This document shows, piece after piece, positions 1 to 9,167 of a stretch of 64,000 nucleotides of DNA. The notes beneath the pieces are model-generated. The model was given only the letters and a program-made list of their open reading frames with translations, made no database searches and was not told where the DNA came from. Position 1 is the stretch's first letter. Each line of letters starts with the position of its first letter. The position numbers were made by a program, and so were the translations under genes. This stretch comes from an uncultured delta proteobacterium. Lineage in GTDB: Bacteria; Desulfobacterota; Desulfobacteria; Desulfobacterales; JAHEIW01. Where the stretch lies: NCBI GenBank assembly GCA_963706575.1, contig CAVPNL010000006.1:32001-96000 (forward strand), read 5' to 3'.

Positions 1-191
1 CACAGAAGCAGGACGAACATCAGAAACAGAATGGTTCCGATCAGGTAGCGGCCGATAATGAAGTCATAGACCATAAAGAAACCTAAAACCGGCAGGCCGA
101 CGAGCATACTGACATTGACCAGGTATTTCTGGTTATTCAATTCCATGGAATCGGGATGATTGACTTTTTCCCGGCTGATGACGGAGATCAT
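1..191 (-). CDS. Partial (N-terminal) membrane protein, possibly a sensor domain; runs off window start
   Basis: Manual translation from ATG at 191: MISVISREKVNHPDSMELNNQKYLVNVSMLVGLPVLGFFMVYDFIIGRYLIGTILFLMFVLLL, open to position 1 with two hydrophobic segments. Confidence 0.55.
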   Translation of the reverse strand, partial: MISVISREKVNHPDSMELNNQKYLVNVSMLVGLPVLGFFMVYDFIIGRYLIGTILFLMFVLLL

Positions 192-458
192 TTTTCAAAT
201 CCTTGTTTTTGAAAGTCGAATTGCAGCGTGTTTTTAGGCAATTTTTCAGGGGATAATGAATTCATTATACCGTTAAAATGATCAGATGCAAAATTTAATT
301 TGGCGCCGGTAGGCTTAGAGCCTCAACCTCAGTCGAGTCGAAACTACTTCCACCTCTTGCGGTGATCAGCCTAATATCTGGTGCTTTTTTCCGATATAAT
401 TTGTGGGATCCCGTTCAGCGGGAGATATTCGAGTATTTTGAAACGCTGATTTTAGGTT

Positions 459-2609
459 TTAGTTGGCTGCCAGCGCTTGCCGGACCGTATTGGCCAGATC
501 GCGCATGACCAGCGGTTTCATCAGGAAGGTTTGAATGCCCATTTCGGAGGCATTCTGGCGGGTAAATTTTTCGCTGTAACCGGTGCACAGAACGACCGGA
601 ATATCGTCGCGGATGTTTATTATTTTTTTGGCCAGCTTATCACCGGTCAGGTTTGGCATGACAATATCGGTAATCACCAGATCGAATCGATTCGGGTCTA
701 CTTTGAAATACTCCAGGGCTTCGATGCTGCTGGTTCGCGTGGCAACGCTATACCCCAGGCGTTCCAGCATTTGCCTTCCGATTTCCACCAGCGGTTGCTC
801 GTCATCTACCAGTAGAATGTGCTCACATCCCATCGGCAGCGGTGTGGAAATTTCGTCGTCTGGCGTTAATTTTCGCTTTATGGTGGGAAGATACACGTGA
901 AACGCAGCGCCTTTACCCACTTCGCTTTCAACCGTTACCGCACCATTGTTGGATTTGACAATTCCCTCGACAACGGCTAATCCCAGGCCGGTCCCCTTAC
1001 CTTTTTCTTTTGTTGTAAAATAGGGATTAAAAATGTGCTGCTGGACCTCGGGATGAATACCTTCTCCGCTGTCTTTGACACTCAGTTTCAGATAAGATCC
1101 CGTTTTGAGGCCCGGGATGTCGGCGGCGGCCTTTTGATCTAACTCGATGTTGCCCAGATGGATTTCAAGAACACCGTCTTTTTCATTGATCGCATGTGAA
1201 GCATTGGTGCAAAGGTTCATCAACACCTGGTGGATCTGGGTTGGATCGGCCTCAATTACCCCGGTGTCTTTTTCAATGTGATGCTGAATTGAAATCGTGG
1301 TCGGCAGAGAGGCCCGCAGCATTTTGATGGCCTCTTTGGCAATATGGGCCACCTGAATGGGTTTGCGTTCCTGTTTGTTCTGGCGGCTGAAGGCCAGAAT
1401 TTGCTTGACCATGTCCCGGGCGTGTTTGCTGGCGCTAAAGATTTCTTTTAGATTTTGCCTGACTTCCCCGTCGACATCTCCGTTCATCAATATCAGTTCG
1501 GTGTAACCAATAATGACCGAAAGAATATTATTAAAGTCGTGCGCGATTCCGCCGGCCAGTGTCCCGATGGCCTCCATCTTCTGGGCCTGCTGAAGTTGAT
1601 ATTCCAGGTTTTTCTTTTCTTCCTCAGCCTGTTTTTGTTCCGTGATGTCATGCACTACGACTGTCGCGCCTTTTGGTTTCCCATCGTCGGTATAAATAAT
1701 TTTCGAATTAATCAGAACATAGAATTCACGGCCGCTTTTGGCTCTGATTTTAAATTCAACCGATGACGGTACTTTCTGACCTTTAAGAATTTTGTCCAGG
1801 CGTTCAAGAAATTTTTTCTGACTGTCCTCCGCCAAAATATCAAGGGCGCTCATGGCTAAAAGCTCTTGCCGGGTATAGCCGGTGTACTCGCAGATGAGAT
1901 CATTGACGCTGACAAATGTTCCTTCGATAAAATCAACTTCGTAAATGCCGGCAGGTGCATGATTCACCAGCTGCCTGTATTTTGCCTCGCTTTCCCGCAA
2001 AGCCCTTTGTGACTGTTTTTGCGCGGTTACGTCGCGTGCAATGCCGCGAAATCCGATGGGGTTTCCCTCAGGATCTGTTATTAACGAGACGGAAGCATCC
2101 ACGTGACTTTTAGAGCCGTCGACTTTGATAATTTCCCAGTCAAAAGCCTTTGTGGGCTTGCCTGTTTCGTATACCCGATTAAAGGTTTTAAACACCTTTT
2201 TGGCGTTTTCTTCATCCATATATTCCCGGTTGTTCATTCCGGCCATTGCCGTCGCAGAATATCCGATTAACCGGCAGAGGGCATCGTTGAAATAGGTGAA
2301 ATTACCCTCGAGGTCGACTTCAAAATACCCGTCTTCGATATTGTCCAGAATGGTGCGGTATTTTTTTTCACTTTCACGCAGTGCGGTTTCGGACTCGGCC
2401 AGCCTGACCGCCACCCGGACAACGGCATAGGATATGATGGGTGCAATAATTGCCGGAAATACGATGGATTTGATAATCATTTCCGGATGCATTTCACCGA
2501 TAATCAGCGATATACCGATTTCAAGCGCCAGTGCCCCTAAAATTGAGATCATAGTGATGGCCAGAGCGGTTTTTGCCGCCCCCATTTTTTGCATCCAGTT
2601 CAGGATCAT
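459..2609 (-). CDS. Hybrid sensor histidine kinase (2 TM, 2 PAS, HisKA, HATPase, receiver)
   Basis: AGGIAHDFNN H-box, QVLMNLCTNA N-box, FNPYFTTK and GTGLGL G-boxes, C-terminal ILLVDDE...DLVITD receiver. Confidence 0.95.
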   Translation of the reverse strand: MILNWMQKMGAAKTALAITMISILGALALEIGISLIIGEMHPEMIIKSIVFPAIIAPIISYAVVRVAVRLAESETALRESEKKYRTILDNIEDGYFEVDLEGNFTYFNDALCRLIGYSATAMAGMNNREYMDEENAKKVFKTFNRVYETGKPTKAFDWEIIKVDGSKSHVDASVSLITDPEGNPIGFRGIARDVTAQKQSQRALRESEAKYRQLVNHAPAGIYEVDFIEGTFVSVNDLICEYTGYTRQELLAMSALDILAEDSQKKFLERLDKILKGQKVPSSVEFKIRAKSGREFYVLINSKIIYTDDGKPKGATVVVHDITEQKQAEEEKKNLEYQLQQAQKMEAIGTLAGGIAHDFNNILSVIIGYTELILMNGDVDGEVRQNLKEIFSASKHARDMVKQILAFSRQNKQERKPIQVAHIAKEAIKMLRASLPTTISIQHHIEKDTGVIEADPTQIHQVLMNLCTNASHAINEKDGVLEIHLGNIELDQKAAADIPGLKTGSYLKLSVKDSGEGIHPEVQQHIFNPYFTTKEKGKGTGLGLAVVEGIVKSNNGAVTVESEVGKGAAFHVYLPTIKRKLTPDDEISTPLPMGCEHILLVDDEQPLVEIGRQMLERLGYSVATRTSSIEALEYFKVDPNRFDLVITDIVMPNLTGDKLAKKIINIRDDIPVVLCTGYSEKFTRQNASEMGIQTFLMKPLVMRDLANTVRQALAAN

Positions 2610-2787
2610 TAAGGTTGTCCGGTTATTTTCTCAGAAATGTTAATAATACCTGCCGGTATGGGGCCTGTTTGGTAACAGCCCGTTGCTAAAAATTTTTTGC
2701 AAAAACTGTGCTACGAATCGCCTGTATGAAATAAAAGTGAATATTAAACCTAATAATCGGATAAGATTGAGATAAATCCTGTTTCTA

Positions 2788-2814
2788 TTATCGGTCGTTC
2801 GCCAGATTTCTTGA
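2788..2814 (-). promoter_or_regulatory. Sigma-28 (FliA)-like promoter upstream of the hybrid kinase
   Basis: Minus strand TCAAGAAA-N11-ACCGATAA resembles the TAAAGTTT-N11-GCCGATAA consensus. Confidence 0.5.
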
Positions 2815-2903
2815 AGAATTCGTTGAAAAATTGACGTCGGCGGGAAAAAGGTGCGGGAAAGTGGTAAAATTGTGCTCGACGATGGGCGAGCGAGGATCGA
2901 GTT

Positions 2904-5900
2904 TCAGCTCCCAACGAACTTCGCTTCCACCCAACCTTTACCGTAGTAGTCTTCCGGCAAATAGGTCAGCTTGGTGCCGTTGAGCTGTTTCATATAGACC
3001 TGGTCAAACTGGATGAAAAAGGTGGGCTGGGTTTCATCTCCGGGGATAGCGGCCAGATCCGGTGGTTGCAGAAAGGGTGCCGTTTTAAAAGATCCGTTTT
3101 TCCAGCTAAATGCTTGCTGTTTGGGTATGCGCATGTAGTCATTCTTACCACCGGCGGATTCAACTCCAGATAATACAGTGAAATAATATCCTTTATAAGG
3201 CTTGAGATCATATCCGAAGCGTTCTTGACCGGCTGGATCGGAATGAGCAATCTTCTGATCGATCAGCTTCATGGGTGTTTGCTTTTTACGGTCGTACAGA
3301 TAAAACATGCCGGCAATATCATCGCCATATTGGGTACGCTGCTTGCGCCTGGCCCGGTCAATTTGCTTGAGCGTCATGACTATTTCCCGTTGGTTTTCGA
3401 TACTCTTCTTAAATTGTGTGTAGCTGGCTTCATCCACCGGGCGCTGCTGCTGGTCGAATTGAATCGTCTTTTTGATTTTTTGAGTAGCCACATCAATTGC
3501 AAAGGTGGCCGGCACTCCCCAGAAATAAATTTTTTTCTGGTTGCCCTCGATGCCGGTATAATTATCCTTCCTTAGGCGACGCCCCCTGGCGTCGAAAGCC
3601 ATCGATTGGATGATCTCAGCTTTGCCGGCATCAAATGTGATTTCATTTTTGTTGAAACTGACCTTAATCGGTTTATTGGAAGGCAGTTTTTGAACGACGA
3701 TTTTGCCATCGGATTTTTTAACAAAGCTTAATCGGTGAATTTCCGATGCCAGGTTCATCTCAATCTTGCCGACGGCCGCATGGACTTTTTTGAGATCTCC
3801 ATTTGAAAGGCCGTAGCTGATATCAGAGGGGCCGTAAAATGAATTGCCGGACAGATAAACCGGTTCACGCTCTCCGAAAAAATGAACCTCCCATCGAATA
3901 TCACCCGTGAAGGGACCCTTTGGCAGGGCCACGTGAAGACTGTCGGTCCATGACATGCCGCCGGCCTCCCGCCAGTTCACTTCCAGACCGGTGAGGTCAT
4001 CTGCGCTGTAATTCACATAGGCCACCATCGGATGGCGATCATAGCGCAGTCTTTTGGGATTCTCCGGCTTATGAGACAGAGCCAGCTCTTTGCCACGGTT
4101 GAGATCAACTTCGATCTCAAATGGGTAGTCGAACATTTCCTGTACCACGGCGACGATGAGCGTGTGGATCTTTCCCTGAAAGCGAGCGGCCGTCGATGAA
4201 GAAGAGTTCATGGATTCACTGGAAGCCAATGACCGGCCTGTTTTGTCAAGAGCGAAAAGCTTGGCGGATACACCGCCGCGAAAGGTAACCTTGGCCACAT
4301 CTTTTTCCAGGCGGCTCAACTTCACCCGCACACCGGCGGATTCCCTTATGGTACCGGGTTTGTTGCCGGCTTCAAATTTTACCCTTTTCAAACTAACCGG
4401 CAAAGCGAGATTAAAGCGGATTTTTGCAGTCCCCAGCGCTTCTGCCGGGATGCCGGGTTTAACGTTCACATGGATATTGCCGGGTGATTCGCTTCCCGGG
4501 CTGATGATATGTTGAAACTGGTTTTCTTCGATCCGCATGATACTGGCACCATCCGTGGATACGACATCCAGCATCTCATAGGTCATCTGGGCCAGGGATG
4601 CATTGGGAACTTCAATTGTGTCGATGGCCAGCGTCATCCTGGGCTGGTCACCGAAGTCCCAGTAATTTCCGGGAAACAGACTTTTCTGAACCACAGCGGG
4701 GATCGTTTTTTTCAGGTTGTCGATATCGACGGTGCTTGATAAACGCGGCGGATGTGTGTAGCGGGCTGCAATCGGATCTTCACTGGGCGCAAGTTCCATG
4801 CCCTGGGCAAACAGCTGGCCGAGAGTAGCTTCCGACAGAGAGGCGAAAAACGCTTTGTCATGCTGCTCTTCCCAGTTAAGCTCGAGCATCAGACGGTTAT
4901 TTTTATGCTCGATTTTATGGCGGTAACGGGGATCGTTAAAAAGCTCGATCAGCTTTAAAACCATGCCGTCGGCATCGAGATCATCCGGGTTTCCCGATCG
5001 CAATTGCTGATAAATGCGGCGGCCATTCACTCCTTTGCGAAACTGCTGGCTATAACGAAGCACCCGACCGCTGGTTTTGTCCAGACGGAATCCGATTGCC
5101 AAAGATTCGACCCCTTTCAAGGGTTCGGATAATTGAGCCAGCACGCCGCCGCCCATTGCAGCCACCATGGCGGCCTGCGGGTTTTGCTGCAGGGCGGGAT
5201 TGCTCTGAATCTTTTTCTGCCAATCATTGCTGAAGTTTTCAGGAATTTTAACGGACAGCAGCACCAGATCCTGAGGCTGGGCGATTGATGCGATCATTTG
5301 CGCCACCCGGGTTTTGAGAATCGAGTCCTGTCCATCATTGAACACCCGGGATAAATTTTCCGGTGCAAAAACCGCTCTATGTTCAATAAATCGAACCCGA
5401 TAGCTGTCGATCGGAAAATTGTCCTGCTTGTCCTCGGGAATGATTTCTTTTTTGATGCGAAAGACGCCCTCGGATGCCGGTTCTAAAAATTGGAAATAAT
5501 TCCCTTGAGATCGCAGCTTCTTTTCCAGGCTTTTGCCCTTGTCACTCTCGGCTAAAATCACCGGCAGAAACGTGTGTTGCGGGTCCGGATACAGGTATAG
5601 CTGGACCTGATTGAATCCGAAAGACTTAAAAATGCCGGTGGTCATTTTATATTTGAGGTCTTTTTTATCCTCCGGCATGTTCTGGTCGATGGCCTCCATC
5701 AGGAGGGGGACATTGATTTTGGCTGCCAGGAAGGGTTCTGGGCGGGCTAGCGGCGCGCCTGCCCGTCTTATAGCCGACGTTTCTCGTTCTTTTTTAGAAA
5801 CAGTTTGCCTGTCTTTTTTGAAAATATTGTCTGCCCTGATTGTTTCTTTGGCCAAATGGCTTAACTTCGATCCGCTGTAGAAGACGCCGATAAACAAGAC

Positions 5901-6554
5901 CGCCAGGACGGCGGCTGCCGCCAGGGCCCAGGGCTTCCGCCACACAGGGGGTTTGGGGGATTCAATATTCTGAATGATCGGAACTTGCGGGGCCTGCTGA
6001 TCTTTTGGCGCTTCAGCGGATTTTTGCGCTGTTACCCTTTTGGAGATTTCATCCTTGAACGCGAAATCCAGGCCGGCAGCCGGGGTCAGTGACAGATTGC
6101 GGCCGCAGGCCTTGCATTTGGTGGTGGTCACCCCCGGCGGAATCTTGGCAGTGTTGATGCTGTACTTTTTGCCGCAGTATAAACAGGTGATCTCTTTTGT
6201 TTCGCTAGTCTGCTGGACCGTTTTCACCGGATCCGGTTTGGCCGCGGCGGCGACTTTGGGCTTTAGTGAAATTGTATGGCCGCAGGCTTTGCATTTGGTA
6301 CTCGCCACCCCCTGCGGGATGGATTTCGGGTTGATCTGATATTGGCGGCTGCAGTACTGACAGGTGATTTGCATCATTCCCGCCTTGGGCGATGGCGCTG
6401 CTTGAGCCGGCCTATCAGGCGGCGCCTGGGGCGCATCTTGACGCAGTGAGATTGAATTTCCGCAGGCTTTGCATTTGGTGCTGGTTACGCCGGATGGAAT
6501 CTTGCTTGAATCCACATTGTAGACTTTGTTGCATTTCGAACAGATGATTTGCAT
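2904..6554 (-). CDS. Large membrane-anchored protein with three N-terminal MJ0042-like zinc ribbons and a large extracytoplasmic region
   Basis: Three CxxC-x17-CxxC repeats (CSKC/CKAC, CQYC/CKAC, CLYC/CKAC), Pro/Ala linkers, one TM segment WALAAAAVLAVLFIGVFY. Confidence 0.8.
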   Translation of the reverse strand: MQIICSKCNKVYNVDSSKIPSGVTSTKCKACGNSISLRQDAPQAPPDRPAQAAPSPKAGMMQITCQYCSRQYQINPKSIPQGVASTKCKACGHTISLKPKVAAAAKPDPVKTVQQTSETKEITCLYCGKKYSINTAKIPPGVTTTKCKACGRNLSLTPAAGLDFAFKDEISKRVTAQKSAEAPKDQQAPQVPIIQNIESPKPPVWRKPWALAAAAVLAVLFIGVFYSGSKLSHLAKETIRADNIFKKDRQTVSKKERETSAIRRAGAPLARPEPFLAAKINVPLLMEAIDQNMPEDKKDLKYKMTTGIFKSFGFNQVQLYLYPDPQHTFLPVILAESDKGKSLEKKLRSQGNYFQFLEPASEGVFRIKKEIIPEDKQDNFPIDSYRVRFIEHRAVFAPENLSRVFNDGQDSILKTRVAQMIASIAQPQDLVLLSVKIPENFSNDWQKKIQSNPALQQNPQAAMVAAMGGGVLAQLSEPLKGVESLAIGFRLDKTSGRVLRYSQQFRKGVNGRRIYQQLRSGNPDDLDADGMVLKLIELFNDPRYRHKIEHKNNRLMLELNWEEQHDKAFFASLSEATLGQLFAQGMELAPSEDPIAARYTHPPRLSSTVDIDNLKKTIPAVVQKSLFPGNYWDFGDQPRMTLAIDTIEVPNASLAQMTYEMLDVVSTDGASIMRIEENQFQHIISPGSESPGNIHVNVKPGIPAEALGTAKIRFNLALPVSLKRVKFEAGNKPGTIRESAGVRVKLSRLEKDVAKVTFRGGVSAKLFALDKTGRSLASSESMNSSSSTAARFQGKIHTLIVAVVQEMFDYPFEIEVDLNRGKELALSHKPENPKRLRYDRHPMVAYVNYSADDLTGLEVNWREAGGMSWTDSLHVALPKGPFTGDIRWEVHFFGEREPVYLSGNSFYGPSDISYGLSNGDLKKVHAAVGKIEMNLASEIHRLSFVKKSDGKIVVQKLPSNKPIKVSFNKNEITFDAGKAEIIQSMAFDARGRRLRKDNYTGIEGNQKKIYFWGVPATFAIDVATQKIKKTIQFDQQQRPVDEASYTQFKKSIENQREIVMTLKQIDRARRKQRTQYGDDIAGMFYLYDRKKQTPMKLIDQKIAHSDPAGQERFGYDLKPYKGYYFTVLSGVESAGGKNDYMRIPKQQAFSWKNGSFKTAPFLQPPDLAAIPGDETQPTFFIQFDQVYMKQLNGTKLTYLPEDYYGKGWVEAKFVGS

Positions 6555-6638
6555 GGCGACTTCCTGATTTTATGGCTTTGGATGATTCGGGTACTCTGAA
6601 GATTTGTGTTGCTGAATTTAGCAGAGTGATTGTGTTAA

Positions 6639-6734
6639 CCCGTTAGCCGGCTGGTCCGATTGCCCGTTGGTTGGGTAAGATGGTTGTTGTTTTTTTAAGG
6701 TTACCGGTTAACCGGCTAACGGGCCAACGGGCAA
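6639..6734. repeat. Intergenic inverted-repeat element built from ~8-bp units
   Basis: CCCGTTAGCCGG (6639-6650) is the reverse complement of 6712-6723; TTGCCCGTTGG (6660-6670) is the reverse complement of 6724-6734. Confidence 0.7.
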
Positions 6735-7023
6735 ACCTACTAAAATTATCTCATATTATTTTGTTGTTCGCAAATTTTTTAACTAACCTCCTTAAAAGAT
6801 AGATGATATGAGCTTCGAACAATTGCAAATGAGGCCGGTGTGAAGTGAACAAGAGAGATCAATTGGCAAGAATCAAAATTAGGATTTGATTTATTTGGCA
6901 ACAACCCATTATGATGTTTGCCGTGTTCCTAAGTTTGCTTTACTTCGAATATGAATGCAAAACTGTGACTCACCCAGTTAGTAACCCGGGCACTAATTAT
7001 TTTTGATTGGATGGGAGTAAAAC

Positions 7024-7770
7024 ATGGAAGAAAATATATTAGCAACCGCCGGAAATCAGCTTACGGAGATCCCAAGGCAAATATGGGAGCAGCATGAAGG
7101 TCAAACATTACAAGACATATCTAAAATGCTTGGCTTTATGACAGAGGCGCATCATCTGATCCGCTATTTTGTCGTCAGGGAACTTCCGCGTATCGGGAAA
7201 CCCATGCCGCCGGAACTCATATCCGACGAACTTAACATACCGCTGTCAAAAACAATTGAAATTCTTGACGACCTGGAGAAAAATCTTTTTTTTCTGGTTC
7301 GAAATGAGCAGGGCGAAATCTCCTGGGCTTTTCCGGTTACAGCTGACAAAACGCCACACCAATTGACCTTCAGCACCGGGGAGAGGCTAAACGCAGCCTG
7401 AGCCGTTGATGCGATTGCCACGCCCTTCGTGCAGGGGCGACTGAGAAAAGAATCCATTTCAGTTACCATAGATACGGTATGTGCGCATTGCAATCATCCG
7501 ATTAAAATCGTGATAGACAGCGAAATGAACTGTGAGGTTGCCCGGGAAAATGCCAGCCTCCATATCTTTTCACCACAGATAGACTGGGAATCTTTTTCAG
7601 CACCGAATATTATTCCCGACTTCTGACAGAAATCCGTATTCTTCAGGTCAGAAGAACACGCGAGAGAACATCTAACAACGGCGGAACCAGTTAATGGATT
7701 GTGCTTAACCCTTGACCAGGCTGTTTATTCAATACCGATTTTTCAAGGTGCCCTCTTTGCATTTAACTAA
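7024..7770 (+). CDS. MerB (organomercurial lyase)-like protein, 248 aa, with two in-frame UGA codons (putative selenocysteines U126 and U201)
   Basis: ORFs 7024-7401 and 7429-7626 and the region to TAA at 7768-7770 share one frame. LNAA-U-AVDA aligns with MerB LYAW-C-ALD and PDF-U-QKSVFFRSEEHA aligns with QSF-C-CHVHFFASVPTA. SECIS-like hairpins follow both UGAs. Confidence 0.85.
7421..7439 (+). promoter_or_regulatory. Putative bacterial SECIS hairpin for UGA 7399-7401
   Basis: CGCCCTT-CGTGC-AGGGGCG stem-loop; loop begins 26 nt after the UGA, G at second loop position. Confidence 0.7.
7635..7660 (+). promoter_or_regulatory. Putative bacterial SECIS hairpin for UGA 7624-7626
   Basis: CGT-A-TTCTTC-AGGTCA-GAAGAA-C-ACG stem-loop; loop begins 18 nt after the UGA, G at second loop position. 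Confidence 0.7.
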
Positions 7771-7818
7771 GTCGCCCGGCGAACCATACTTTAATCACTT
7801 CAAAGGAGGAACCTGATT

Positions 7819-8664
7819 ATGAAGTTTGGTGACGTTTTATACGAATCGAAGGATCGAGTTGCCACGATCATATTGAATCGCCCTGAACGGTTTAACGCCA
7901 TCAGCGAAACCATGCCGGACGATATCGCCGCGGCGTTTGAATATGCCAACGACGATGATGCGGTTCATGTGGTGGTACTGACAGGTGCCGGCCGGGGGTT
8001 TTGCGGTGGCTATGATTTAAAGACCTACGCGGAAAAATCCGGCGAGAACCCGGCCATCCAGGATATGCCCTGGGATCCCATGATCGACTATAAATTTATG
8101 AGCCGCTGTACGCAAAAATTCATGTCGATCTGGCGATGCCATAAACCGGTGATCGCGCGCGTGCATGGTGATGCGGTCGCCGGAGGCAGTGATATTGCCC
8201 TGTGCAGCGACATTATCATTATGAATGAAAAAGCGCGTATCGGTTATCCGCCCTCACGTGTATGGGGCTGTCCGACTACAGCCATGTGGGTGTATCGATT
8301 CGGCGCCGAAAAAGCCAAACAAATTCTTTTTACGGGGGATTTAATATCCGGAAAAAAAGCAGCGGAAATGGGGCTTGTTTTTCAGGCGGTACCCCTCGCT
8401 GAATTGGATGAGGCCGTTAATCGGCTGACGAATCGAATTAAGGGCGTGCCAAAAAATCAGCTCATGATGATGAAAATGATGGTCAACCAGGCTTATGAAA
8501 ATATGGGCCTGGCAGGCACCCAAACCATCGCAACCCTTTTCGACGGTATGGCCCGGCACAGCCCCGAAGGGGTCTGGTTTAAAGAACGCGCCGAGGAAGT
8601 CGGTTTTAAACAGGCGGTCGCCGAACGGGATTCTGGCGACCCGATTCCCGGCAGTAAAAAATGA
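7819..8664 (+). CDS. Crotonase / enoyl-CoA hydratase family protein
   Basis: LNRPERFNA, GRGFCGGYD, VHGDAVAGG motifs; AGGAGG RBS. Confidence 0.9.
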   Translation: MKFGDVLYESKDRVATIILNRPERFNAISETMPDDIAAAFEYANDDDAVHVVVLTGAGRGFCGGYDLKTYAEKSGENPAIQDMPWDPMIDYKFMSRCTQKFMSIWRCHKPVIARVHGDAVAGGSDIALCSDIIIMNEKARIGYPPSRVWGCPTTAMWVYRFGAEKAKQILFTGDLISGKKAAEMGLVFQAVPLAELDEAVNRLTNRIKGVPKNQLMMMKMMVNQAYENMGLAGTQTIATLFDGMARHSPEGVWFKERAEEVGFKQAVAERDSGDPIPGSKK

Positions 8665-8819
8665 ACTCAAATGAAACTGTAGATATCAAGAAGCGCTAAT
8701 TGTTGAGATATTTGGCACCTATCCTATAAACAGATTTTGGGGGGTCAATCGAAATTTTGGTTTGCCTCTAGCACTGCCAAACCAAGTACGACCAAGGCAA
8801 ATCAGTTCACCCGCTCTTG

Positions 8820-9149
8820 TCATTTTAGATCGCGCACCTTTGTGCGGGCCTCGATGAGATATTCTTCCCACTCCATCGGCAGGAGTTGTTTTTTGGTGGT
8901 ATTGCAGATTTTGCAGCAGGGCACCACGTTGCCCCGGGTGCTTTTGCCGCCGCGCGAAACCGGCACGATGTGATCCATGGTCAGCGCTTTGGGCGCAGTT
9001 GCGCTCCCGCAGTAGTAACATTTGCCTTTGGCAAGCCGGCGCTTCCACCACTGGGACTCCCTCAGCTCCCGGGCCTTGCTGCGTTCGCGCTTTAGGTCCG
9101 TCTCTTCCAGATTGTAGGCAAAAGGATCTATGGATTTTCTTTTTTTCAT
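8820..9149 (-). CDS. Small HNH endonuclease (McrA-like)
   Basis: CYYC...TMDHIVPVSRGG...NVVPCCKICN motif. Confidence 0.9.
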   Translation of the reverse strand: MKKRKSIDPFAYNLEETDLKRERSKARELRESQWWKRRLAKGKCYYCGSATAPKALTMDHIVPVSRGGKSTRGNVVPCCKICNTTKKQLLPMEWEEYLIEARTKVRDLK

Positions 9150-9167
9150 GTCAATCTTTTAAATATT

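Noticed and set aside
369..385. NrdR-box-like GCCTAATATCTGGTGC near the window start
   Set aside because: Weak single match with no partner box or shared promoter layout
7024..7770. Reading the MerB-like locus as a pseudogene or as two small genes
   Set aside because: Both stops are UGA at catalytic Cys positions with SECIS-like hairpins, the frame is unbroken, and the second fragment has no convincing RBS
8820..9149. HNH gene as a mobile homing endonuclease or defence system
   Set aside because: It is a small stand-alone McrA-like protein with no host intron, methylase or partner gene visible
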